Counted from the stretch's first letter, positions 1-12,457 are shown. The stretch is 64,000 nucleotides of DNA from Eledone cirrhosa (GCA_964016885.1 OZ024741.1:161138001-161202000), one strand, 5' to 3'. Notes: generated by a model from the letters alone, not told the origin. Numbers and translations: made by a program.

Positions 1-2121
1 TCTTAATAGAGATAATCCTACCCAAAACTGTCATTGATATTCCATGACCCTTCACAATGGATAAATATTGGAAAAGGAAAGATATTAGTGACGAGTCTAA
101 GTCCAGAGGCGAACAACCATCAACCTCTATTGTCATAAAGAGAAACATTAATCGACAATATTGTGAACATTATTTGAAATTTGAATTTTATTGATCTGGT
201 GACATTGACAAACCAAGTCCATCATGCGTAGTGTGCGGTGAAACAAAGTCAAATGAATCCATGGTACCAAGTAAGTTAGAAAGACATTTTAATTCAAAAC
301 ATTCATCTCTGAAAGATACAGAGCTCGATTACTTTCAAAGACTGTTAGAGCAGAAATCAAAACACGAAGATATTTTGAAAAATTAATGACCGTGTCTGAA
401 CGAACCCAACTAGCGTCAATTCAGGTGGCTGAAATAATAGCATTAAAATCTAAATCCCACACGCTTGCTGCGTCAGTCATCCTCCCAGCTTGCAAAAAGA
501 TGGTAAAATCCATGTTTGGTGAAAAGGCTGAGAAGGAATTGAACAATATCCCGCTTTCAAATGATACAATACGTAGAAGAATCCTAGATATATCGAAAAA
601 TATTGAAGACAATGTTCAGAAAAAGCTTAAGAATTCTATTTTGCTTTAACCGTGGATGAATCCACTGACATCAGTAATAAAAGTCAATTGCTTGCATTTG
701 TACGTTTTATTGACGAGAATGAAATAATCAATCAGTTTTTGTGCTGTAAAGAAATATCCACAACTACAAGAGATCAAGATATTTTTGATTTGATAACAGG
801 CTACCCCAAAGAAATGAATTTGTCTTGGAAGTCCTGTGTTGGCATTTGCACCAATGGAGCCCCATGTATGACAGGCTGTATTAAAGGATTTGTATCCTTC
901 GTAGAAAAAGAAAATACAAATCTCATTCGTACTCGTTGCTTTCTTCATAGAGAAATTTTTGTTTCAAAAATATCGCAGGAAGATTTAAAGGTTGTGTTAC
1001 ATCAAGTTATTGGAATGGTCAATTGTATAAAAAGTAGGCCATTGAAGTCACGACTATTTGAACAACTGTCCAAAAAGATGGACTCTCAGCATGTTAAGTT
1101 ATTAATGCACACTGAGGTTCGCTGGCAGTCGAAAGGCAAAGTACTAAATCGTGTTCACGAACTGCACAAGGAATTACTATCATTTTTTTCTCTAGGAAAA
1201 GCAGGAGAAATTCTGTGAATACCTTAGTTGCGAATTTTGGATGTCTAAAATGGAATACCTAACAGAAATATTTAGTGAACTAAATAAAACAAACAGTAGT
1301 ATGCAAGGTAAAAACGAAAACATTCTCACTTCAACAGGCAAGTTAGTTGCCCTCAAAAAGAAAATTTTGATTTGGAAAAAACGGGCAATCACTGGCAATC
1401 TTGATATGTTCCCTTTATTGCGTTCTACCCGCATTAGAGAAATGATCCCTATTGTGGTTACTCATCTGACAGCCCTGGACGAAAGCATCAACAATTACTT
1501 TCCGTCATTAAAGACAGAAAAGTATGATTGGATTAGAGATCCTTTCATAAATCATTCTTCCAACATTGAACTTGAGTTACAGGAAGAAGAATTGGCCACC
1601 CTTTCTAGTGACCGAGGGTTAAAATTAAAACATTCAACTCTGCCCATTGATTCATTTTGGATTTCAAGAGGAGTATCCCATTATGTAAAAGAGCTTTAGC
1701 AATTTTATTACAATTTTCAACTTCTTATATATGTGAATTAGGCTTCTCAACATTAAACATCAAACACAAGAAGCGTGAGAGATTACGTACAACCGAAGAA
1801 GACACGAAGGCGGTGTGTCTGTCTCATATTCGACCAAGCACTGAGGAAATTATGAATAAAAATCAGGCACAAATTTCTCATTAAAGAAGCCAACTATTTG
1901 ACTGATGAAATTCGAAACACTGCAATAAAGTAAGTTCATGGGTGTGTTTTTCTTTATTTAGTTTGAGTCATTCTATGTGTCTGTCTAGTCTGTGTCTACG
2001 GTTGTATGCTGTCTATGATTTGCCATCTTTTTATTTTTCATATATATTTAGCCAGGTGTGCCGCTATTTTTTTTCATGTGTTCCAAGGTATGCCGTTGGC
2101 AAAAAAGGTTGAGAACCACCG
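1..2121 (+). mobile_element. hAT-Buster DNA transposon; 5' end lies outside the window
   Basis: 3' TIR-like aaaggttgagaaccaccg ends at 2121 and is followed by ttcTAacc, matching the Buster NNNTANNN 8-bp target consensus. Confidence 0.8.
57..1884 (+). pseudogene. hAT (Buster/ZBED5-like) transposase, with stops and frameshifts
   Basis: BED-finger remnant (C..C...MVPSKLERH..KH, ~225-300). Catalytic-region motifs DESTD, CTNGAPCM, CFLHRE and EVRWQSKG in 652-1218. C-terminal dimerization motif FSTSYICELGFS in 1657-1884. Confidence 0.92.
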
Positions 2122-2701
2122 TTCTAACCACTTAGCCCCCCCCCCCCCCCCACACACACACACACAGACACACATACACACACACACGTGTGTGTGTGTG
2201 CACTGCGAGTGTTTGCGTATACATATGCATATAAACATTTTTTATAGAACAATGCCAATTGTACGTATGGGAGATTTTTCAAAGCGCTTTTGAAAAACGA
2301 CTTATATAGAATTTATGTAGCCTACAATTTTTTCCCTTTTTCACACAGATTTAAATCTTTGCAATGTTTTATTTACATATACCCTTTTGACAGAATAGAA
2401 CACTGGAGAATTTTCTATTGTCAAAACATTCCCTGAAAGAAATTACATCAACACTAGGAAAGTGTTGATGTAATTTCTTTGTGACCAAAATACAAACAGA
2501 AACAAACGTATTCACACAGAGACGATAAGTTACTTCAAAGAGTAACTGCATATAAAACGTCTTTTTACATTGTAAACAGCTTAAAGACGGCAGCAAAATT
2601 AACAACAAAGTTCGTATTTTTTTTATTTCCTTTTTTTTTCGAGTTAATATTTAAAATAATTTTTTTTAATTCTTTATATATTATTACTTATTTGTTTACT
2701 A

Positions 2702-2916
2702 GGGCGGTGGATTGGCAGTATCAGTAGAGCGTTGGACGACATTTGCAACATATAGTTACAGTCATTTATGTTTTGAGTTCAAATCCAGTCAATGTTACCT
2801 TTGCCTTTCATACTTACGGGGTCGATATAATAAAGTACCAGTAACGCACTAGGGTCGATTTAATCGACTTTCCCCTTCCACAAATTTCTTGGCTTTGTGC
2901 CTAATACAGAAACTAT
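2702..2916 (+). mobile_element. tRNA-derived SINE
   Basis: A-box-like tggcagtatcag, B-box gagttcaaatcc, and a body (ctttgcctttcat..ggggtcgat..taaagtaccagt) repeated elsewhere in the window. Confidence 0.8.
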
Positions 2917-2947
2917 TATTTATGTATATTTATTATACATAAACATA

Positions 2948-3161
2948 TCGGTGGATTGGCAGCATGGGTAAAGCGCCGGAAAACATGCTTTGCGGTACAG
3001 AGTTGCGTCCCTTTACGTTCTGAGTTCAAATCCCATCGAGGTTAGCTTTGCCTTTCATCCTTACGGGGTCGATAAAATAACGCAGTAACGCACCGGGGTT
3101 GATTTAATCAACTTTCCCCTCCCCGAAAATTGTTGACCTTGTACCTAAATTAGAAACTATT
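2948..3161 (+). mobile_element. tRNA-derived SINE, second tandem copy
   Basis: Same head, B-box and body as 2702-2916. Confidence 0.8.
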
Positions 3162-3506
3162 ATACATAAACATATCGCATATGCCACATTACACCTCTAT
3201 TATGAATCACTCTGTTAGGGCTACTGGTAATACAGGGTATGGATCCCTTGGGACACTGGAGATGCCTAGGAGTGGTGGTGACCACCCCCACAACAGAGAC
3301 ATACAGACCCTTGATGTTTGTAATTCAATACAATGTGTGTTCTGTTCTGTACTCAAAACTCAATGAAGAGTAGGGAAGAGAATAGCACACACATAAACAC
3401 ATACATACACACACAAATATGTTCCCACACACACACAAACGCACACCTACATATACACATATGCACACGACCACTCACATACACACACACACAAACAAAC
3501 ACATAA

Positions 3507-3542
<36 letters not shown>

Positions 3543-3545
<3 letters not shown>

Positions 3546-5624
3546 TTATAAGAATCAAAGAACTGTTCAAAACATTTTTATGCTTACAGCTGTTTCCTCC
3601 AAACCGAGGTTTGGATTCTTCGGAGCAATTTATTATTGAATGAACACTTATATGACCTCCTTTTCACCCAAGAGACATACAGATACATATGCAAATATTG
3701 TGGGTCAACATTCATTATAGCATTTAGTGTGGCAGTACACATTTAGAGATTACATTCATATTAAAAGATACAATCAAAAATACAATCAAAAATACAGGCT
3801 AAAATACAACATGAAATTAAGCGGTTATAGAGTGCAAAGGTTATATGTGTGGCAAGCACGTGCGTCTTGTTTATATAGTGTGGCAGAGAGTTACGTGTAA
3901 TAGAAGCACTTAAGCAGGTAATCGAGAGTGTTAAGGTGGTTGATCTGGTGATGAATTCTTTATATGATTGTTATAGCCTGTGTGTGGAGAAATAATATAA
4001 GTATTAAAAATAGTGTAAGCATTAAAAATATTGGAAATGCGTAGCGAAGCGATGATATGGATTTCATGCACTGCGGCATTTTCATAGTCTGGGGAGCGTA
4101 TTTTTCAGATTATATGCCCCTCACATAATCCACGACGGTTCGATATTGGGCGTTTGACAATCCAGTTAGAGAATCGTAGTCTGATGTTCTTTAGCTCAAT
4201 ACAGGAGGGTGTTACGTTGCGAGAATCGACATCGAAATACTACCCGGAAGTGTGTGTGTGGCTAAGGGGAGTTAATGCATGAGGGGATGTAACTCAGTGG
4301 TTTCTATTACTAACTATTAAATTGTGTCTCAAAATAGACCCTAACTTATATGGTTATGCGTAGTTTCTACAAAATTTCTAAAGATTTAAAGTGTTTTAAC
4401 TATAGAGTAGTCTATTAAGTTGTGCTGAAGGTGTTCTTATTATGGTGCTTAATCCCTATCGTAGAGTGCCACAAATGAATATTATACACGACGAGCGAGA
4501 ATTCTAAATTAATGATCTCTGTGATTGCAGTCTACTCAAAGAACCAGGCAAGGTGATTGCAGAATCACTTCAACACACAATGATCCGTGGTAAGTTCCGG
4601 GTCAGTGCTTGCTACATTGGATGTCGAAAGATAATCATCACCAGGGCCGACCAGAGGTCAATCCACATTAAGATGATACCTATCAGTTATATATAACATA
4701 ATAAAATACAATAAATAAGTTACTGATAATATTGTTAAAAATTAAGGTTTTAGATCAATTATTATAACAAGGTCATGTAACACATATAAATATATAAGTC
4801 AAACTTCATGAATCATACGGATAAAAATCTGATACAAAGTGAAAAAGGGAATTGTCTGCGATCTTAAATTTTTTAATAAATTTATATAGTAGTATAATGT
4901 GTCTGCAAACATGAGAAAGCGAAAGCCTAAGGATTTCATTGACCCGAAGGTAACCCAAATTTAATTAAATAAAATAAAATAATAATCAGTTATATAACTT
5001 AGAAAATTTAGAAAATATTTAGAACATACTTAACGATTATAACACTGGAAAATCATTAAAGTTTCTAAAGTACTTATCAATAATAATCGTTATATAACTT
5101 AGAAAATTTAGAAAATATTTAGAAAATATTTAACGATTATAACACTAGAAAGTCATTAAAGTATTTAAAGTACTTATAAATGTAATTGGAAGCATGTTAT
5201 TATACTAGATATACAGATTTGTTCAAATATAAATAGAGTATTCCAGATATTAGTGATTGATATACATATAATAAATAATTAGTACAATCATTGTTAGTAA
5301 TGTTATAATTGAAGTTTTACATCAACAACTTAAACTGCTACCACCACAAGGCTATGGTCAACACTAAAAGAGAAAGAAAGAAAACTAGACAAAAATGTGA
5401 ACTTTTCTCCCTAAATATATATGTAAAAACTAATTTTTTTCTCCATATTCTTATTATTCTTATTAATATGCAATTTAATTGCATTATACACTTCCGTCGT
5501 TGAAAAAGCATATAGGCTGAAACTGGTACAATTAAATGCGGAAATTCATATTTTGTAAATAAATGTTTTGATGTTATTCTGAAAGAAAATCCCTTTAGCA
5601 TTTTCCACTGTTTTTTTCCTTTTT

Positions 5625-5626
<2 letters not shown>
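3543..5626. mobile_element. Non-coding (TA)n-flanked insert with terminal HHR motifs (probable non-autonomous PLE derivative)
   Basis: Bounded by (TA)n at both ends. HHR on the minus strand at 3581-3627 and a decayed HHR on the plus strand at ~5495-5533. Internal ~98-bp tandem duplication at 4980-5180. No long ORF. Confidence 0.5.
3581..3627 (-). ncRNA. Type I hammerhead ribozyme motif (U4C core variant)
   Basis: Minus strand reads tgct CCGAAGA a tccaaacc tc ggtttgga g GAAAC agct GTA agca: 4-bp helix I, long helix II, palindromic helix III loop. Confidence 0.7.
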
Positions 5627-5692
<66 letters not shown>

Positions 5693-5695
<3 letters not shown>

Positions 5696-8600
5696 GGAAA
5701 AATTTGAACAAGGACAAAACAGAGAGGCAGTACAACGAATGTTTATTAATTTCACGCTCTGGAGAGTGGGGTGTTGGTGGGGGAAGACGTTTCGGCCATA
5801 AGCCCTTCCTCAGGTGGGAAGTGTGTGGGACAGAGTTCAAAGGGTGTGTAGGGGAGTGGTGGAGAGACATATAGCGAAAGGAAACGGTGCGAATGAAAAA
5901 ATAAAAAATAAAGATAAAAATAAAAATAAAGCATGATCAAAATACAAGGAATGAGATAAATTTAAAAATAAAGGCATGATCAAAATAAACTGAAATTAAA
6001 AGGGGGGTAAACAGGTGGTGGAAGGGTGTGGGGTGCGTAGGGGTGGTGGCGGGTGGAGTGGGGAGAGGGAGACGGGGTGTCCGAGCGGGGAGGGCTGAAG
6101 GTGGTGTGTGTGTGTAGGTGTGCGTGTGTGTGTATGTGAAAGTAAGGGTTGGGGGAAGAACGGGGTTGCATGTTCAGGAAGAGGTGTGTGTGTGTGTGGG
6201 GGGGGGTCGGAGTGTCTGTGCGTGTGTGGATAGAGGGGTGGGGGTGGAGAGGAATCAGGAGGCTGAGGGTGTAAATATGTGGTGGAAAGTACGTGTGTGT
6301 GGGGTTTAAGCGTGTTGTGGGTGTAGGTGGCGTGTGGAGAAAAATTTTTTTTGGGGTGTGTGTGTGGGTGAGTTATATAGGTGATTACGTAAGAGGATGG
6401 TTGAAAAGTTGGTAAATTCTGAAGATGTTTAGTGGATTGGTTATTGGTCAATTTCTGCGTGTGGGTATTCCATGAAGCGATGGTCGGAAGAGGAGAGATG
6501 TGGGGTGCGCGCGCAACAGGAAGTGGTCAGCAGTGGGAGTGCTGTGGTCTGTTTGTGCTGGGAGGTGGTCAGAGGGCATAGCAGCAGTCGGTGGAATGGT
6601 AAAGGGGCGAGGATGGGTAGGTGTGAAAGTTGGAGTGAGGAGGGTGTGTGTGTGTGTATTAGTAGGGGTGTTAGTGGGATGAGTGAGTGTGGAGCGAGGG
6701 TGTGGGTGGAGCGGGGAGAGAAGGGTGTGTGTGGTTCTATGGAGGGAGTGTGGTGTACTGGTGTGTGTGTAGTTTGATGAAGAGGTGTTAGTGGGTGTTA
6801 GTATACGGGAGGTGGGGAGGGGTTGAATGCAGGTGTGAGTGGGGGTTAGTGGTGGTAGGGTGTGTAGAGTTGGTGGTGTACGAGGGTGTGTGGGTACGTG
6901 TGCGTGGGGTTGGGGGGTGTTAGTGATGTTAGTTGCGTGTGGGGTGGGTGGTGTAAGTGGGTGCGTGTGTTCGTGTGCTTGGGGTTAGGGGTGTTAGTGA
7001 GGTTAGTTGCGGGGTGGTGGGATGGAGGTGTGGGGGTGAGAGGTGTGGGTGTGAGGGTTAGTGGTGGTAGTAGGGTGTGTGTTTAGTGTGAGCGCGTGTA
7101 TATATGTGCCGGTGGGTGTGTGCGTGTGATAAGGAGGGGGGAGGAGGAGAAGAGGGATGTTAGTATGTTAGTTGGGGAAGGGTGGTCAGATGGGGGGTGG
7201 AGTGGAGGTGTTAGTATTGTTAGTTGTGGGGTGGGCGGTGAAAAGGAGGGGTGTGTTAGTGGTGTTAGTGGGGGATAAGTGTGGGGGGAGGGGGCGGTCG
7301 AAGGCTAAAGGAATAAGGGTGGGGAGTTCAGGCCGGGGGGAGTGTGGGTCTGTAAGAGGAAGATAGTTCGTTGTTCGACCGTAAGGCGATTGGCGGGTGT
7401 TCCGTGACACTGGAGTAGGCCACAGACTGTGAGATGGTGTGCGGAATGTCCAGGGCCACCAAAGTGGCGGGCGATGGGGGAACTGCCCCCGAGACGAATA
7501 TCCCGGAGGTGCTCCGTGACTCGGTCCGCCAGGCGACGTCCCGTCTGTCCGACATAAGTCCGTAGACTAGGTTGGAGGAGGTGCAGCGGAAGGCATGCCG
7601 GACCGAGAGAGAGTGGCCGTTGGGACCCTGGAAGGTGTTGGTGATGTGGGGACAGGTGTTGCAGCGGGGCCTAGAACAGGGAAAGGAACCGGGGGGAGGA
7701 AACAGAGCGTGGGTTGGGGGGTAGGGAGCTGTGGACGAGGAGGGTGCGGAGATTGCGTGCGCGTTTGAAGGAGGGGAGTGGTGGGGTTGGGAAGATGTGG
7801 GAGGTGGAGGGGTCGGACTGGAGGCGTCGGAAGAGGCGGCGGATGGTGCGGTGGAGGGGTAAGGTGGAGGGGTGGTAGGTGATGGGGAAGGGGAGACGGT
7901 GGGTGGGTGTGCGGTGGCATGGGGTGAGGGTGGTGGAGCGGGGGACAGCACGGGCGCGGGTGAGAGCGGTGTGGACGAGAGAGGGGGGTAACCTCTGCGG
8001 ATGAAATGGCTGACTAGGGAAAGGGCCTGGGACTCAAAGTCAGCATCACGGCTACAGAGGCGGCGGATCCTGAGAAGTTGGGAGTAGGGAATGGAGTGTT
8101 TAGTGTGGGTGGGGTGGGAAGAGGTGAAGTCGAGGTAAGAGTGGGAGTCGGTGGGTTTGAAGAAGGCGGAGGTGACGAGGGAGTGGTGGGAGGGGTCGAA
8201 GGCGACGGAGATGTCTAAGAAGTGGACGTGGGTGGTGGAGATAGAGGTGGTGAAGTGGAGGGAGGGGTGGAAGGAGCAGAAGAAGGAGAGAAAGGAGTCG
8301 AGCTGTTCTCGGGTGAGGGTCGTGGCTCCGATACAGTCGTCAATGTAACGACCGTACAGTTCGGGCGTGGGGCCTCAACATGGCCAACAAAAAGGTTGGC
8401 ATAGTTCGGGCCCATTCTTTTACCCATGGCTACCCCTGTGACCTGTTGGTAAAACTCACCCGAGAAGGAGAAACAATTCAGGGCGAGGACCAGCTCGGCG
8501 AGGCGAAGGAGGGTGGGGGTGGAGGGAATGGGGGAGGGGCGAAGGTCGAGGTAGTGTTTGAGGGCGCGAAGGCCGTCGGCGTGGGGGATGACTGTATAGA

Positions 8601-10352
8601 GGGACTTGATGTCTAGGGTGAAGAGGAAGGGCTGTGGGCCGGGTGGGTAGGTGAAGGAGTCGAAAAGGCGCAGGGCGTGGTTGGTGTCGGAGATGTGGGA
8701 GGGGACGGTGGTGACAAGGGGGACGAGGAGGGAGTCGAGAAAGGCGGAGATGAGTTCGGTGGGGCAGTTGCAAGCGGAGACGATGGGGCGGCCGGGGTTG
8801 TCGGGTTTGTGGAGTTTGGGGGGAAGCGGTGGGGGGAGGAGGGAGGAGGCGATAAGGTCTTTGATGGTGGAGGAGACTTGTTGTTGGTAGAGGGGGGTGG
8901 GATCGGAGGGTAGAGGGCGGTAAAAGAGGGGGTTACAGAGCTGCCTGAGGGCTTCGGCCGTGTAGAGGTCCGCGCGCCACACCACTACGGCGCCTCCCTT
9001 GTCCGCCGGTTTGATGACGATGTCATCTCGGCTACGGAGGGAGCGGAGAGCGAGGAGTTCGCCCCGTGAGATATTGTACCGTTTGGAACGGTGGCGGAAG
9101 TCGAAACGATTTACTTTGCTACGGCTGGCATAAACGAAGGCGTCCAGGGTGCTAAATTGTCCTGGGGCCGGCGTCCAAGAAGATGGTCGTCGGCCCAGGG
9201 CGAGAAACGGGTCTGGGGCGTCCGGAGCCGGTGGCGTTCGGCCGAAATGTGCCTGTAGCTTAGTGCGTTGCACGAATCGCTCGACTTCCGTTCGGGTGCG
9301 GAACTCGTCGCTGTGCGGAGTGTGGGGTATGAAGCGAAGGCCTCTACTAAGGAGTGAGCGCTCAGGTGCGGAGAGGGGGAGGTCAGGGGGTATGGTGACA
9401 ACAAGGGGTGGGGTTTGGATGTTTGGGGGGAAGGGAGGGTGTGGTGAGGGGTGAGGTGGAGGGTGGAGATTGGGTAGGGGTGTGGGTCGAGGGAGAGGTG
9501 GCGAGTGGTGGGCGTATGAGGATGGGCGGGTGGTGGTGGATGGGGGGAGGGGAGGGAGGGAGTGAGTGTAGCTTGCGGGCTTTGGTGGAGCTGAGGAACG
9601 AGAAGAGGTTGTGGTTGAGGTTTTGGATGAAGGAGAGGATGGCTTGGGCGAGGAGGGGGTGGCAGGTGGAGTTAAGGCGGAGGAGGGTGGGGGTCAGTTG
9701 GTGGTCAAGTTGGCGGAGGGTGGAACGGGAGGCGCGGATGGAGTTGCGCATCAGGAGGCGTGAGGATCGGGTGAGGATACGTTGCGTGGAGGGGGAAGCG
9801 GCGGAGGAAGGGTGGAAGTGTAGACGGAAGCCGAGAGGGATAAGGTGGAGGCGGAGGCAGTGGCTGAGGAAATGGATGTGGCTGGAGTGCCGGGTTTTGG
9901 CGAAGAGAAGGTAGGAGAGTTGAAGGGCGGAGGGGAGATAGCAGGGTGGGAGGAGGGGGTGAGGAAAAGTTTGAGGCGATTATGTAGTTGGTGGAGAAAG
10001 GATCTCAGGTTGGGCATGATGGGCGTTGGGTGAAAGCAGGGGGAGGGATGAGAAGGCAGGGGTGTGAAGCGGGGTGGAGTGAACGAAGGGGTGAGTGCGA
10101 AGGATAGGCAGAGACGGGGAAGGGAAAATGAAACAGAAAAACGTAGGGAGGAGGGAGTAAACACAGGAAAATTAAAGACAAAAAATCATAAAGGTAAAAA
10201 CACAGGCAAAGAATCTTATACGGAAAAAAACAAGTACAGTAACAAAATCAAACGGAGGTAATGCGTGGAAGGAAAGACCAAGTGTGGGAAGGTGTGTAAA
10301 GTTCGGAGAAAGGTCACGGCGGATTAGATCGGGGTTGAGCCGGTAGTTAAGT
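5693..10352 (-). mobile_element. Penelope-like retroelement, Neptune type (RT plus C-terminal GIY-YIG), frameshifted
   Basis: RT motifs IKPADKGGAVVVW, PKLHKPDNPGRPIVSA, LDIKSLYT and GVAMG in 8215-9273. Cys linker CSRPRCNTC and GIY-YIG start F.CTSSNLVY (~7690-7560). Long C-rich 3' region. (TA)n on both sides. Confidence 0.9.
5786..5816 (-). ncRNA. Minimal PLE-type hammerhead motif at the 3' end of the Neptune element
   Basis: Minus strand reads CTGAGGA ag ggc ttatg gcc GAAAC GTC. Helix I pairing is not evident, so it may be inactive. Confidence 0.55.
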
Positions 10353-10659
10353 TATATATATATATATATATATATGTAGATAAATCTACCAAAAGTTTAC
10401 GGTAGTGTCCAATCCGTATGAAGAACTCAATGTAATCCGGATATCCGGATATATATATATATATATATATATATTTAATACAATAACATAGATAGTTTAA
10501 AGCTAAACTCTGACTGGTAACCATCTCATTCAACAAACATAAGGTTATATTAAGATATAAACCCAATTTAAGTGTTTGGGGTACTAACAATATGTATAAT
10601 GTGGAAAAACCAGTTGTATTATTTTATGAGATATAATTAAAGTTAAAGTATATCTCTCT

Positions 10660-10785
10660 TTCCAAACAATTGTTTCATTATAAGTTTTCTACAAGTTTGG
10701 GAGAATGTTTCCAGTTTATGTAGAAGCCTAATATATATTCATGTAAGAATATATTTAGGTGGGCACTTATAAATCGTCAGTGGAA
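10660..10785 (-). ncRNA. Type I hammerhead ribozyme with expanded helix II
   Basis: Minus strand reads ttcca CTGACGA t ttataagt [two hairpins] acttataa t GAAAC aatt GTT tggaa: 5-bp helix I, 8-bp helix II base, palindromic AATT loop III. Confidence 0.8.
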
Positions 10786-11657
10786 GCCCATGAAACATTG
10801 ATATAAGAAAACAAATTTCTTACCGCTGTCAAAAATCATGTCCGTACAGTAGCTCTCTCTTACCTCGAATGACCGCCAAATTTGAAATTCCAGCAGTTTT
10901 TGACTGAGGAAGTATCATAGCGACACGAAGCGGGAAGGGGAGACAACCCACGAAATGAGGAAAAAAATAATATACACGCGGGTTAATTAGTTTTCTTTAA
11001 AACATTATCAATCCGACGTGTTTAAGAACTCAATTGAAAATAAAAAAATAAATATATGCTTGTATAAATTACACACGCATATAGATATTTTCTCAGGCTA
11101 AATCAGAAGTTGTACCCGAATAAGAACCGCTTCTCATAACTGCAGTAAATGCAGAAAGTTATGCTATAAAGGGCAAATGGGAATATAATTCTCCGGCCGA
11201 ATTAAGAGTAAAATATAAAACACACGCGGGTTAATTAGTTATTTCAAAACCAATATCAATTCCTCGTGTAAAGAACTCAATTAATAAAATAAAATAAATA
11301 CATATATGCATGTAATTATATACGTAGGCATATATATATATTTTCTTAGGCTAAAAAACAGAGAAGTTACAACCAAAAAAAGCCACAATATTTCACAACA
11401 GTAATAAATACGGAAAGTCAAATTCATAAGGTACCTGGAAATAAACACCTCTGGCCAATCAAGAGTAAATATTTAATACAATAACAGAGATAGTTTAAAG
11501 CTAAACTCTGACTGGTAACCATCTCACTCAACAAACATTAGGTTATATTAAGATATAAACCCAATTTAAGTGTTTGGGGTGCTAACAATATGTATAATGT
11601 GGAAAAACCAGTTGTATTATTTTATGAGATATAATTAAAGTTAAAGTATATCTCTCT

Positions 11658-11783
11658 TTCCAAACAATTGTTTCATTATAAGTTTTCTACAAGTTTGGGA
11701 GAATGTTTCCAGTTTATGTAGAAGCCTAATATATATTCATGTAAGAATATATTTAGGTGGGCACTTATAAATCGTCAGTGGAA
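11658..11783 (-). ncRNA. Type I hammerhead ribozyme with expanded helix II, second copy
   Basis: Same sequence as 10660-10785. Confidence 0.8.
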
Positions 11784-11981
11784 GCCCATGAAACATTGAT
11801 ATAAGAAAACAAATTTCTTACCGCTGCCAAAAATCATGTCCGTACAGTAGATCTCTCTTACCTCGAATGACCGCCAAATTTGAAAATATATATATATATA
11901 TATAACGGAGGAAATGTGGTAAGGAACCAGGTGGACCATAACGCACCAAAGTACTCAATACTTAGGGTAGTAGAGTGGGTA

Positions 11982-12105
11982 ATAGGAACGAGTAGGACCC
12001 CGACGGCTGAGCTCAAGCCGTTTCGACGGCTAATTCTGGAATTAAGTCCAGAATTAGCCGTCGAAACGGCTTGAGCTCAGCCGTCGGGGTCCTACTCGTT
12101 CCTAT
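11982..12105. repeat. Perfect 59-bp inverted repeat (6-nt loop) made of two HHR 3' halves
   Basis: Arms 11982-12040 and 12047-12105 are exact reverse complements. Each reads GAAAC ggct tgagctc agcc GTC ggggtcc. Homologous to 53656-53770. Confidence 0.9.
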
Positions 12106-12109
12106 ATAG

Positions 12110-12141
<32 letters not shown>

Positions 12142-12457
12142 ATGTATATTGGCTGTATGTATGTTTACATGTAAGGAAGTAAATATATGAGCTAGCAAGA
12201 TCCCCCACCCCCCACTCACCTGCCCTCCCAAACCAATATCAACAACATACATTTCTAACAATATTCCAATACTATCCTTATTTTTCTCTTTGCTGTCATC
12301 CCATTTTTATCAAAAGTCTTACACCTCATTAAACACTGCAGGAGGGCACTTTTACAACTCCTTTCTTAAACACTCCTTAAACACCCCCAACATCTCCCAA
12401 CACCACTCCCAATCAATTATCTTGCTGTTACCATTCACTATTTTCTGTATATATATA

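Larger units (their letters stand above)
10471..11885 (-). mobile_element. Retrozyme-like non-coding element with 417-bp direct terminal repeats, each containing an HHR
   Basis: 10471-10887 and 11469-11885 differ at about 6 positions (offset 998). The centre holds an imperfect ~248-bp tandem duplication. (TA)n on both flanks. Confidence 0.8.

Noticed and set aside
2330-2610. Possible upstream 5' UTR exon of the NHL gene
   Set aside because: Only a weak GTTCGT donor, with no other support.
2702-3161. tRNA genes suggested by A/B boxes
   Set aside because: No cloverleaf. The boxes are heads of multi-copy SINEs.
5980-7366. Pro/His/Thr-rich and Gly/Val-rich ORFs
   Set aside because: Products of the low-complexity, skewed 3' region of the Neptune element.
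10321-10352. Resemblance of the Neptune 5' end to 53707-53735
   Set aside because: Too short and mismatched to support homology by eye.
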